A program made the position numbers and the translations under genes. Below are positions 54,837-63,304 of a stretch of 63,304 bases of DNA, in pieces. Each line of letters begins with the position of its first letter. Position 1 is the first letter of the stretch. The notes beneath the pieces are model-generated. The model had not been told where the DNA came from, searched no databases, and saw only the letters and a program-made list of their open reading frames with translations. The stretch is from an uncultured Gemmatimonadaceae bacterium (GTDB lineage: Bacteria > Latescibacterota > UBA2968 > UBA8231). The DNA lies in NCBI GenBank assembly GCA_964591015.1, contig CAZPXM010000006.1, positions 1 through 63,304 on the forward strand, in the 5' to 3' direction.

Positions 54837-57293
54837 ATGGCTTCGCAGCGCACCACGAGAGGACAGGGCGGGGCGAACGCGGTCTCGCGCGTCCATCGGC
54901 TTGAGGATCTGCTGGCGCAGCTAGAGAGCCGTGGGTTGACGGAGGGCACCAGCGACGAGGAGCTGGCGCGCGCCGCGGACGCCGAGACCTATTACGGCGA
55001 CAACGAGCTGGCCATCGACGTCTTGCGCAGCAAGTACCTGGCGCCCGGAGAGACGGGTCCGCTGCACATGTGGGAGCGCATCGCGCGCGCGGTCTCCTCG
55101 GTGGAGCAGGACCGCGAGCTGTGGTACGCGCGGTTCTTCGCGCTACTCTTCGACTACCGCTTCATCCCGGGCGGGCGCGTCATGCACGGCGCTGGCCGCG
55201 ACGAGGCGCGCCGCAAGCCGACGTTGTCCAACTGCTACGTCATCCCCATCAACGAGGACAGTCTGGAGGGCATCTACCAGTGCCTCACCGAGTCGGCGAT
55301 GGTGTACCGCACCGGCGGCGGGGTGGGCACGGACCTGTCGCGATTGCGGCCGAAAGGCGCGCCCGTCAACGCGACGGTGGACCGCTCTCCGGGCTGCACC
55401 GCGTTCATGAATCTGCTCTCGGAGAGCACGAACGCCGTGTCGCAGGCGGGGCGCCGGGGCGCGCTGATGCTGACGCTGCGCGTGGACCACCCGGACATCG
55501 AGGATTTCATCTCGATCAAGAGCGACCGGGCACGCACGAAGGTCCAGTACGCCAACCTGTCGGTGCTGATCACCGACGAGTTCATGCAGGCCGTGCTCGA
55601 CGATACGGATTTCGACCTGCGCTGGTCGAACAAGGTGTTCCGGACGGTGCGGGCGCGCGTGCTGTGGGACAAGATCGTGCAGCACGCGCACGCGTCCGCC
55701 GAACCGGGGGTCATCTTCTGGGACACGATGCGCGCCTACCACAACGTGGAGTACGCCAACCCGCTGGTCAGCACGAACCCCTGCGGCGAGCAGCCGCTGG
55801 CGGCGTATACGGCGTGCAACCTGGGCAACATCAACCTGCCACGGTTCGTGCGCGCCGACGGCACCTTCGACTTCGAGGGGCTGGCGAACTGCGTGCGCGT
55901 GGCCGTGCGCTTCCTCGACGATGTCATCGACTACAACATGGGCAACCACGCCCTGGAGAAGATCAAGGAGGCCGTGGCGTCGGATCGCCGGGTGGGGCTC
56001 GGGGTCACCGGGCTGGCCGACACGCTGGTGCTGATGGGGTTGCGCTACGACTCGGAGGAGGCGCTCCGGGCGGTCGAGCAGCTCATGCAGACGCTGTGCT
56101 ACAACGCGTACGAGACCTCCATCGCGCTGGCGCAGGAGAAGGGCGCCTTCCCGCTGTACGACTGGACCGGGCTGTCGCAGAGCAAGTTCATCCAGTCGCT
56201 GCCGCGTGGTCTCCAGGAAAAGATCGCCAAGTACGGCCTCCGGAACGCCACCCTGATCACCATGCCGCCGGTCGGGACCGGCTCGATCGTGGCGCAGACG
56301 AGCTCGGGCATCGAGCCGATCTTCTTCACCAGCTACAACCGGCGCGTGAAGCAGGCGGACGGCGAGACCTTCGTGGACTACAAGGTCTACCATCCCCTGA
56401 TCAGGCAGAAGTTCGGTGACGACTCCCATCTGCCCGACTACGTGGTCACGGCGCACCAGGTGGACCCGTTCTTCCGCGTCCGCATGCAGGGCGTCATCCA
56501 GCGCTACACGGACAGCAGCATATCGTCGACGATCAACCTGCCGGAAAGCACCACGGTGGAGACCGTCGCGGAGATCTACATCCGTGCCTACAGAGAGGGG
56601 CTCAAGGGGATCACGGTCTACCGCGAGGGGAGCCGCGCCGGCATCCTGCAGAGCGACGCGAAGCAGGAGTTCGCCGGCGAGCCGGCTGCCGCCGCCGCGC
56701 CGCCGCCGGTTCCTGCAGCAGCGGCGGGCGAGCCGTCCCGGCGCAGCGGTCACCGGCCGCGGCGCCGGCCGGCGGTCACACATGGCGTCACCGAGCGCAT
56801 CCACACCGGCGAGGGGAACATCTACGTCACGATCAACGAGGACGCCGAGGGGCTGTGCGAGGTCTTCAGCACCATAGGCAAGTCCGGCGGCAACGCGGCG
56901 GCGCAGTCCGAGGCGATCAGCCGGCTGATCTCGCTGGCCCTGCGTTCGGGGGTGGACCCCCACGAGATCGTCAACGAGCTGAAGGGGATCGCGGGCCCGA
57001 ACCCGGTGTGGGAGAACGGCGAGCTGATCCTGTCCACTCCCGACGCGATCGGTCGCGCGCTGGAGCGGTACCTGAGGCGGCGCGAGGCGGGAGTCCAGGA
57101 TCCCGCAGCCGAGCCGCCCGCTGCCGGCGGTGCCGCCGACCGGCCGGCCGGCGACGGACCGCAGGGCGACGGCAGCGGCATCCCCGGAGGCCCAGGCCCC
57201 AAGAGCCTGGCGACCTGCCCGGAGTGCGGCGCCACCGTTGTGCACGAGTCCGGCTGCCTGACGTGCAAGCACTGCGGCTGGTCCAAGTGCTGA
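54837..57293 (+). CDS. nrdJ: Class II (adenosylcobalamin-dependent) ribonucleotide reductase with TSCPD domain and C-terminal zinc ribbon
   Basis: AGGAGG RBS; PGGR, LSNCY, GGGVG, TNPCGEQPL..CNLG, PVGTGS, SSGIEP, KGITVYR.GSR, CPECG..GC..C..CGWSKC; no adjacent nrdB. Confidence 0.95.
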   Translation: MASQRTTRGQGGANAVSRVHRLEDLLAQLESRGLTEGTSDEELARAADAETYYGDNELAIDVLRSKYLAPGETGPLHMWERIARAVSSVEQDRELWYARFFALLFDYRFIPGGRVMHGAGRDEARRKPTLSNCYVIPINEDSLEGIYQCLTESAMVYRTGGGVGTDLSRLRPKGAPVNATVDRSPGCTAFMNLLSESTNAVSQAGRRGALMLTLRVDHPDIEDFISIKSDRARTKVQYANLSVLITDEFMQAVLDDTDFDLRWSNKVFRTVRARVLWDKIVQHAHASAEPGVIFWDTMRAYHNVEYANPLVSTNPCGEQPLAAYTACNLGNINLPRFVRADGTFDFEGLANCVRVAVRFLDDVIDYNMGNHALEKIKEAVASDRRVGLGVTGLADTLVLMGLRYDSEEALRAVEQLMQTLCYNAYETSIALAQEKGAFPLYDWTGLSQSKFIQSLPRGLQEKIAKYGLRNATLITMPPVGTGSIVAQTSSGIEPIFFTSYNRRVKQADGETFVDYKVYHPLIRQKFGDDSHLPDYVVTAHQVDPFFRVRMQGVIQRYTDSSISSTINLPESTTVETVAEIYIRAYREGLKGITVYREGSRAGILQSDAKQEFAGEPAAAAAPPPVPAAAAGEPSRRSGHRPRRRPAVTHGVTERIHTGEGNIYVTINEDAEGLCEVFSTIGKSGGNAAAQSEAISRLISLALRSGVDPHEIVNELKGIAGPNPVWENGELILSTPDAIGRALERYLRRREAGVQDPAAEPPAAGGAADRPAGDGPQGDGSGIPGGPGPKSLATCPECGATVVHESGCLTCKHCGWSKC

Positions 57294-57320
57294 GGTGAGG
57301 CGGACCTCGTGCGGCGCGGA

Positions 57321-57371
57321 CGGCCCCTCGCGTGTTCGGTCGCGCGCCGCGACACGCCCGCCGAGGGGCCG
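57321..57371. terminator. Stem-loop between convergent nrdJ and map
   Basis: CGGCCCCTCG ... CGAGGGGCCG arms with inner CGTGT/ACACG pairing; no U-tract. Confidence 0.5.
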
Positions 57372-57393
57372 GCGCCCAGGAGTGCGGTTCTCC

Positions 57394-58149
57394 TCATAGT
57401 CCCGCCAGCGACGTGAGCACCTCCGGCTCGCCTGCGGTCACGGCCACGGTGTGCTCGAAGTGCGCCGCCGGCTGGCCGTCAGCCGTCCTCGTGGTCCACT
57501 GATCGGCGCCGGTGCTCAGCTCGCCGCTGCCGAGGCACAGGATCGGCTCGATCGCCAGCACGACCCCCTGCCGCAGGCGGGGTCCGCGCCCCGGTGGTCC
57601 GTAGTTGTCGATGTGCGGCGGTTCGTGCAGCTGCCTGCCGATGCCGTGCCCGCCGAACTGGCGCACGACCGAGACGCCAGCGGCCAGCGCGTGCGCCTCG
57701 ATGGCGTGGGAGATGTCCGAGAGGTGGCGGCCGGGTCGGGCCTGCTCGATGGCCAGCGACAGGCAGCGCCGGGTGGTGTCGATCAGGTGCGCCACCCGCG
57801 GTGCGACCGGCGGCAGAGCCACGGTGAACGCGCCGTCGGCGTGGTAGCCTTCCAGGACCGCGCCGACATCGATGCTGACCAGATCACCGGCGGCCAGCGC
57901 TCTGCGGCCAGGCACTCCGTGGACGACTTCGGCGTTGACGGATGCGCAGATGGTGGCCGGGTAGCCGCGGTAGCCCTTGAAGGCAGGGATGGCGCCGCGG
58001 GCCCGGATGAGCCGTTCGGCCAGCTCGTCCAGCTCGCCGGTGGTCACGCCGGGGCGGATGCTGGCGGTCAGGCGCTGCTGGACCTCGTGCACGATGGCGC
58101 CGGCGGCGCGCATGGCGCGGATTTCCGGGGCGCTTTTCGGGCGGATCAC
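57394..58149 (-). CDS. map: Type I methionine aminopeptidase
   Basis: CASVNAEVVHGVP, SIDVG, DGAFT, GHGIG..LHEPP, AIEP, HFEHT. Confidence 0.96.
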   Translation of the reverse strand: MIRPKSAPEIRAMRAAGAIVHEVQQRLTASIRPGVTTGELDELAERLIRARGAIPAFKGYRGYPATICASVNAEVVHGVPGRRALAAGDLVSIDVGAVLEGYHADGAFTVALPPVAPRVAHLIDTTRRCLSLAIEQARPGRHLSDISHAIEAHALAAGVSVVRQFGGHGIGRQLHEPPHIDNYGPPGRGPRLRQGVVLAIEPILCLGSGELSTGADQWTTRTADGQPAAHFEHTVAVTAGEPEVLTSLAGL

Positions 58150-58396
58150 GGTGGGTGACTCCCTCGTGGCGACCGGCGCGCGCGGCCAGTGACGGCCGGC
58201 CGCGGAACAGGGCCCTTGTTGCGCAGTACGGGCATTGGCGGCATACTCTCAAGCGCGGTTGTCAGAACGTAGAGCCGCTCATGAGTACCGGCAACGCGCC
58301 GTGGGCGAGACGCGGCGTCGCGGTGGCGGCGCACTGGACGGCGCCGGCCGCGTCGAGCGTTCGGTCGTGCATGCCGTGAGGCAGAGGATAAGGGGG

Positions 58397-60640
58397 ATGG
58401 CCAAGGCGCTGGTCGTGGTCGAGTCGCCGACCAAGGCAAAGACGATCAACAAGATCCTGGGGGCGGAGTATCTGGTGAAATCCTGCATGGGTCACGTGCG
58501 GGATCTGCCTCCGAAGGAGCTGGGGATCGACATCGAGCACGACTTCCAGCCTCGCTACGAGACCATCAGGGGCAAGGGCAGAATCCTCCAGGAACTGCGC
58601 AAGGCCGCGCAGAAGGCCGACGACGTCTACCTCGCCACCGATCCGGACCGCGAGGGCGAAGCCATAGCCTGGCATGTCGCGCACGCGATCGCCCGCAAGG
58701 AGAACGATGTCAAGCGCATCCTCTTCAACGAGATCACGCCGCGCGCGGTCCGCGAGGCGATGCAGCGCTGGGGCCGGCTGGACATGGACAAGATCAACGC
58801 CCAGCAGGCGCGGCGGGTCCTGGACAGGCTGGTGGGATACGAGATCAGCCCGCTGCTGTGGCGGGTCATCCACGCGGGGCTGTCGGCCGGGCGCGTGCAG
58901 TCGGTGGCGCTGCGGCTGATCTGCGAGCGGGACCGGGAGATCGAGGCCTTCGAGCCCGAGGAGTACTGGTCGGTCGAGGCGCTGGTGCGCGCTCCTGCCA
59001 GCGACGGCGCGCCGGCCGAGCCGTTCCGCGCGCGCGTCCTGCAGCACCGTGGCGCGAAGCTGGAGATCCGCTCGCAGGTCGAGGCGGAGCGCGTCTGCGC
59101 GGACCTGCGGGAGGCGCGCCTGATCGTCCAGGATGTCAAGCGGCGCGATCTGGCGCGCCGTCCCGCGCCGCCGTTCACCACCAGCACGCTGCAGCAGGAG
59201 TGCGCGCGCCGGCTGCGCTTCTCCGTGCGGCGCACGATGGCGGTGGCGCAGCAGCTCTACGAGGGCGCCGAGGTGGACGGCGAGGTCCGCGGTCTGATCA
59301 CCTACATGCGGACCGATTCGGTGCGTGTCGCCAGGGAGGCGATCGCGGACGTGCGCGAGGGCATCCAGAGCCTGTACGGGCCGGAGCACCTTCCCGACGA
59401 GCCGAACGTCTACCCCACCAGCAGCTCGGCCCAGGATGCGCACGAGGCGATACGGCCCACGTCGGTGGCGCTGCATCCGGAGCGGCTGCGCAGCGTGCTG
59501 AATCCCGACCAGGCCCGCGTGTACGAGCTCATCTGGAAGCGCTTCGTGGCGTCACAGATGAAGCCACAGATCCTCGACGTCACCACGTGCAACATCGAGG
59601 CGGGCGAGTACCTGCTGCGGGCGACCGGCAGTTCGGTGCGGTTTCCCGGGTTCACACTTGCCTACACGGAGAGCAGGGATGAAGAGGACGAGGAGGTCGC
59701 CGCGGTGGTGCCAGCCAGCGTGGCCAGCGGCCAGGTGCTGGCGCTCGAGGAGCTGACCCCCGAGCAGCACTTCACCAAGCCGCCGCCGCGCTACACCGAG
59801 GCGTCGCTGGTGAAGCAGCTCGAAGCCGATGGGATCGGGCGGCCGAGCACGTACGCGCAGATCATCACGACCATCCAGGACCGCGAGTACGTGGAGAAGG
59901 TCGACAGCCGCTACTTCGTGGCCACCGAGCGCGGCCACACCGTCAACAAGCTTCTCGTCGAGACCTTTCCGGAGCTCTTCAACGTGCAGTTCACGGCGCG
60001 TATGGAGGGCAAGCTGGACCGCATCGAGGAGGGGCGCAACGGCTGGGTCGAGACCGTCCGCGAGTTCTACTCCACCTGGCGCGATGTCCTCAGCGATGCG
60101 CAGGCGCGGTACAGAGAGCTCAAGCAGTCCCTGCAGGAAGACAGCGATGTCCTGTGCGCGGAATGCGGCCGCCGCATGGTGATCAAGTGGGGACGGAACG
60201 GTCGCTTCCTGGCCTGTCCGGGCTACCCAGCCTGCCGGAACACGAAGCCGCTGCCCGAAGACCAGGAGGAACTGGAGACCGACGAGGTCTGCGACCTCTG
60301 CCATGCGCCCATGGTGGTCAAGCGCGGGCGCTACGGTCGCTTCCTGGCGTGCAGCGCCTACCCCGAATGCCGCAACGTGAAGCCGTACTATCTGGGGATC
60401 GTCTGCCCCGAGGAAGGCTGCGGCGGGCAGCTCGTCGAGAGGCAGTCGCGCAAGGGGAAGGTGTTCTACGGCTGCGACCGGTACCCCAAGTGCAAGTTCG
60501 CCAGCTGGGACAAGCCTGTGGATCAGCCCTGCCCGAACTGCGGGGCACCGCTGCTCTTCCGGCGCAACACGCGCAGCGCCAAGTCGCTTCATTGCCGCCT
60601 CTGCGGCTACCAGGAGGATGTCGCCGGCGCCACGGAGTGA
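58397..60640 (+). CDS. topA: DNA topoisomerase I with C-terminal zinc ribbons
   Basis: VVESPTKAKTI, ATDPDREGE, SAGRVQS, ITYMRTDS, AHEAIRPT, GIGRPSTY. Confidence 0.98.
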   Translation: MAKALVVVESPTKAKTINKILGAEYLVKSCMGHVRDLPPKELGIDIEHDFQPRYETIRGKGRILQELRKAAQKADDVYLATDPDREGEAIAWHVAHAIARKENDVKRILFNEITPRAVREAMQRWGRLDMDKINAQQARRVLDRLVGYEISPLLWRVIHAGLSAGRVQSVALRLICERDREIEAFEPEEYWSVEALVRAPASDGAPAEPFRARVLQHRGAKLEIRSQVEAERVCADLREARLIVQDVKRRDLARRPAPPFTTSTLQQECARRLRFSVRRTMAVAQQLYEGAEVDGEVRGLITYMRTDSVRVAREAIADVREGIQSLYGPEHLPDEPNVYPTSSSAQDAHEAIRPTSVALHPERLRSVLNPDQARVYELIWKRFVASQMKPQILDVTTCNIEAGEYLLRATGSSVRFPGFTLAYTESRDEEDEEVAAVVPASVASGQVLALEELTPEQHFTKPPPRYTEASLVKQLEADGIGRPSTYAQIITTIQDREYVEKVDSRYFVATERGHTVNKLLVETFPELFNVQFTARMEGKLDRIEEGRNGWVETVREFYSTWRDVLSDAQARYRELKQSLQEDSDVLCAECGRRMVIKWGRNGRFLACPGYPACRNTKPLPEDQEELETDEVCDLCHAPMVVKRGRYGRFLACSAYPECRNVKPYYLGIVCPEEGCGGQLVERQSRKGKVFYGCDRYPKCKFASWDKPVDQPCPNCGAPLLFRRNTRSAKSLHCRLCGYQEDVAGATE

Positions 60641-60737
60641 CGTTCCTGGTGCGCCCGGGCGCCTGCCGCCGGTCCTGCGGCGGCGATCGGCAGGCCCGGG
60701 CGCGGCGCGCCGGCGCCGCCCGGCACTGGCGGCGTCC

Positions 60738-62480
60738 ATGTTCTGCGAGGGTGGCGTGCGACTCGTCGCGCTGACCGAGGTCCTCCCGTGCGCCTCGCCG
60801 GCCGCGCCGATCCGTGGAGCGGCCGCGCCGGGGCTGGAGGACGATGCAGCGGCGGCCGCCAGGGCGTCCGCGCCGGCGGGGCCCTGGCGGCGGCTGGCCG
60901 TGGCCGCGGCGAGCCTGGTGTTGGCCGTCGGCGCCTGCGGCTGCGCCAAGACCGGGCGTCCGGGCGGCGGTCCCCCGGACGACACGGCGCCGCGCGTGGT
61001 GGACCAGTGGCCGCCGGCCGACGCCACGCAGGTGCCGCTGCACACGGTTGTCGAGATCCGGTTCAGCGAGGCGATGGACGAGGAGGCGACCGCTGCGGCG
61101 GCGTTCGTCGCTCCCGCCGCTGAGGCGCGGGTGCGCTGCCGTGGCGATCGGCTGCAGATGGCCGTGGCGCTGCGGCCCGAGCGCACCTACGTGATCACGG
61201 TGGGCACGGACGCGCGCGACCGGCGCGGGAACCGCCTGAAGGAGGCGCACATGCTGGCGTTCGCCACCGGGGAGGAGCTGGACCGAGGCCAGGTGGCAGG
61301 AACGGTCTTCCGCGAGCACGTGCCCGCTGACGCCGCACACGTGTGGGCCTTCGACCTGGGCGCGGGCGAGGCGGTCAGCAGCGAGCGGCCGCAGTACCGG
61401 ACGCAGACTGGCCGCGACGGCGCGTACGTGTTCGCCAGGCTGGCGCCCGGACGGTACCGGGTCGTGGCGTTCCTCGACAGCGACGGGGATCGCCGGCCCG
61501 GTCAGCGCGATTGGCTGGCGCTTCCTGCCGAAGACCTCGAGATCGCGGCGGGCGATACCGTCCGCGCCGGCGATCTGCTGCTGGGGCCGCCCGCCGCGGT
61601 GCCGGTGACCCTGGAGCGCCTCCATGTCGTCGACGACCAGCGCCTGCTGCTGGAGTTCTCCGCGCCCGTGCGCGCTGCTGCACTCGAACTCGAGCTGGCC
61701 GGGCTGGCGGTGCTGGACCTGTTCGACTCGCCGGTCGACCCGCGCCGTGTGCTGGTGCGCACCGCGCCGCAGGAACGCGGGCGGAAGTACGCGGTCCAGC
61801 ACCTGCGGGTGCACGGCCTGCCGGTGAGCTGGGAAGCGCCCGTGCGCGGTGCCGAGCGCAGCGACCGTACTCCCCCGCGCGTCGTGCGGCGATTGCCGGA
61901 GGAGTCCGAGATCAGTGCGGACGACACGCTGGCGGTCGTCTTCGACGAGCCGATGGACGCGCGGATCGGCGGCGAGCTGTGGGTGGCCGCCGACAGCGCC
62001 GCCTCGCCGCCCGCCGGCATCTGGTGCTGGCAGGGACCGTCTGCGCTGCGTTTCGTTCCCGCCGAGCCGCTGCCGCCGGGGCGCTGGCGCTGGGGTTGGC
62101 GACTCCGGGGCCTGGCCGACCTGGCCGGCAACGCGCCGGCCGACTCGGTGGTGTGGTTCGAGCGGACGGTGCTGGGCAGAGCCGACCTCGGCGCCATCGA
62201 GGGGCGCGTGGTCGCCAGCGCCGGTCCGCTGTGGGTGACGGGGGCGGCGCCGCACCGTGAATACCGGGCGCAGGCCGGCGCCGATGGGACGTTCGTGCTG
62301 GCGGGCCTGGTACCCGCCGAGTACGTGCTGCACGCGTTCGTGGACCGCGACGGCGACGGCCGGCACACGCCGGGCAGCCTGGATCCATATCGGCCTGCGG
62401 AGCCCTACTGCCGCTGGCCGGACCCCGTGCCGCTGGCGGCCGGCGCCCGGGCCGTGGTCGGGCTGCGCCAGTGTCGTTGA
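60738..62480 (+). CDS. Ig-like (Big_5) domain lipoprotein (start uncertain, possibly GTG near 60900)
   Basis: Lipobox-like ACGC followed by AKTGRPGGGPPDDTAPRVV, IRFSEAMD, DRRGN, LAFATG; second Ig-like unit FDEPMD..DLAGN. Confidence 0.82.
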   Translation: MFCEGGVRLVALTEVLPCASPAAPIRGAAAPGLEDDAAAAARASAPAGPWRRLAVAAASLVLAVGACGCAKTGRPGGGPPDDTAPRVVDQWPPADATQVPLHTVVEIRFSEAMDEEATAAAAFVAPAAEARVRCRGDRLQMAVALRPERTYVITVGTDARDRRGNRLKEAHMLAFATGEELDRGQVAGTVFREHVPADAAHVWAFDLGAGEAVSSERPQYRTQTGRDGAYVFARLAPGRYRVVAFLDSDGDRRPGQRDWLALPAEDLEIAAGDTVRAGDLLLGPPAAVPVTLERLHVVDDQRLLLEFSAPVRAAALELELAGLAVLDLFDSPVDPRRVLVRTAPQERGRKYAVQHLRVHGLPVSWEAPVRGAERSDRTPPRVVRRLPEESEISADDTLAVVFDEPMDARIGGELWVAADSAASPPAGIWCWQGPSALRFVPAEPLPPGRWRWGWRLRGLADLAGNAPADSVVWFERTVLGRADLGAIEGRVVASAGPLWVTGAAPHREYRAQAGADGTFVLAGLVPAEYVLHAFVDRDGDGRHTPGSLDPYRPAEPYCRWPDPVPLAAGARAVVGLRQCR

Positions 62481-62487
62481 GGCGTCC

Positions 62488-62856
62488 ATGGTGTGGAGAC
62501 GGTGGCAGGCGGAGCTGGAGGTCCTGGGCCTCGCTGTGGCGCTGTGGGTGGTCGCCGCATCGGCGGTTCTGCGCCTGAGCCCGGCCGAGCGCCGGCAGAT
62601 CGAGCTGGAGGCCGGACTGGAGCAGCTCCAGGCGCTCGAGCAGCAGTACTTCGCGGCCACGCATCGCTATTTCGACCCGACCAGGCGCGACGAGGGGCTG
62701 GCGTGGTCCTGGATGGACGGATTCGACTGGGAGTATCAGGCGGCGCCGGGGGGGTTCCGCCTGCTCGTGCGCGCCGATGTGGATGGGGATGGCGAGCCGG
62801 GAGTCTGGAGCATCGAGGCCGGCACACCCGGCGTGCGTCAGCTCGCCGGCGACTGA
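62488..62856 (+). CDS. Small membrane-anchored protein with a pilin-like globular part
   Basis: N-terminal TM; LEQLQALEQQYFA...Y helix; ADVDGDGEPGVWSI motif. Confidence 0.65.
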   Translation: MVWRRWQAELEVLGLAVALWVVAASAVLRLSPAERRQIELEAGLEQLQALEQQYFAATHRYFDPTRRDEGLAWSWMDGFDWEYQAAPGGFRLLVRADVDGDGEPGVWSIEAGTPGVRQLAGD

Positions 62857-63304
62857 CGCTCCGGCCGCGGCCGCGGCGCGAGCGGGTAGGTACCCACCCA
62901 GCGCAGCGTGTGGACCAGATCGCCGGGCACCGGCGCGTGCGTCGGATCCCACGCGGCGTCGCGGGCGTCCGCTTGCAGATCGAGGTACACCCGGTACCGC
63001 CACGGCTGCCCCAGCACCTTCACGGTCTCCACTCTCAGGACCCCGAAGCCTGCCGCCGCCAGTCTCTCGAGCAGGCGCGGCAGCGGCTGCGTGTTGTCGT
63101 CCACGGTGAGAATGAGGGTGGTCTTCAGCGGCGATCCCGGGTCGCAGCTGAGTGGCGGCGGGCGGTGGCCGCCGGGTGCGCTCCGGCTGCCAGTCGGCTG
63201 ACCTTCGGGGCCGCGCAGCACCAGAAAGCGGGTGTAGTTGTCGGGATCGGTCTGGATGTCGGTGGCGAGCGCCTGCATCCCGTAGATCTCCGCCGCGCGC
63301 GGCG
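62838..63304 (-). CDS. pheA: Prephenate dehydratase (C-terminal part; runs off the window end)
   Basis: RAAEIYGMQALATDIQTDPDNYTRFLVL (TRF motif) followed by an ACT-like domain ending PWRY.VYLD..GTY. Confidence 0.9.
   Translation of the reverse strand, partial: PRAAEIYGMQALATDIQTDPDNYTRFLVLRGPEGQPTGSRSAPGGHRPPPLSCDPGSPLKTTLILTVDDNTQPLPRLLERLAAAGFGVLRVETVKVLGQPWRYRVYLDLQADARDAAWDPTHAPVPGDLVHTLRWVGTYPLAPRPRPERQSPAS

Noticed and set aside
54837-57293. Intein or intron in nrdJ
   Set aside because: The NPCGEQ and PxG motifs are uninterrupted and the length is normal; the Pro/Ala-rich stretches are linkers.

Overview
High-GC bacterial chromosome segment with no integrase, transposase, CRISPR array or rRNA that I can recognise. 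Gene order and content (efp-accB-accC-gcvH; pheT-zapB-zapA-rny-ymdB; TPR-exbB-exbD-exbD-tonB; a Big_5 lipoprotein; Omp85 paralogues) suggest a diderm FCB-group organism, possibly Latescibacterota-like; this is inference only. It holds three mainly housekeeping blocks: (1) 1-11.2 kb, minus strand: TPR-efp-accB-accC-gcvH-HNH-scpA-scpB-rluB-cmk-rpsA-mutS; (2) 33-44.6 kb, minus strand: rpmI-rplT-pheS-pheT-zapB-zapA-rny-ymdB-xseA-xseB-recN-pgsA; (3) 45-63 kb: surE, Omp85, bioY, accD, an ECF sigma/anti-sigma pair, a TonB system, nrdR-nrdJ, map, topA and pheA. After tRNA-Lys(CTT) lies an accessory-looking stretch with a Nik-type ECF metal transporter plus outer-membrane channel, carbohydrate genes (GH38, an unknown helical-barrel protein, CBM9-like, two NAD-dependent epimerase-family genes, NupC, DegT, WecA-like) and a 1139-aa peptidase/PD40/Omp85-like fusion. 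The best leads are an RNase Y that has lost several HD-domain metal ligands, a three-half-site NikR-like operator, the peptidase-propeller-barrel fusion locus, an ECF sigma with a sensor-less membrane anti-sigma directly upstream of accD-bioY, and a PheA with a degenerate Phe-binding ACT domain. All calls come from motif recognition by eye; no searches were run.
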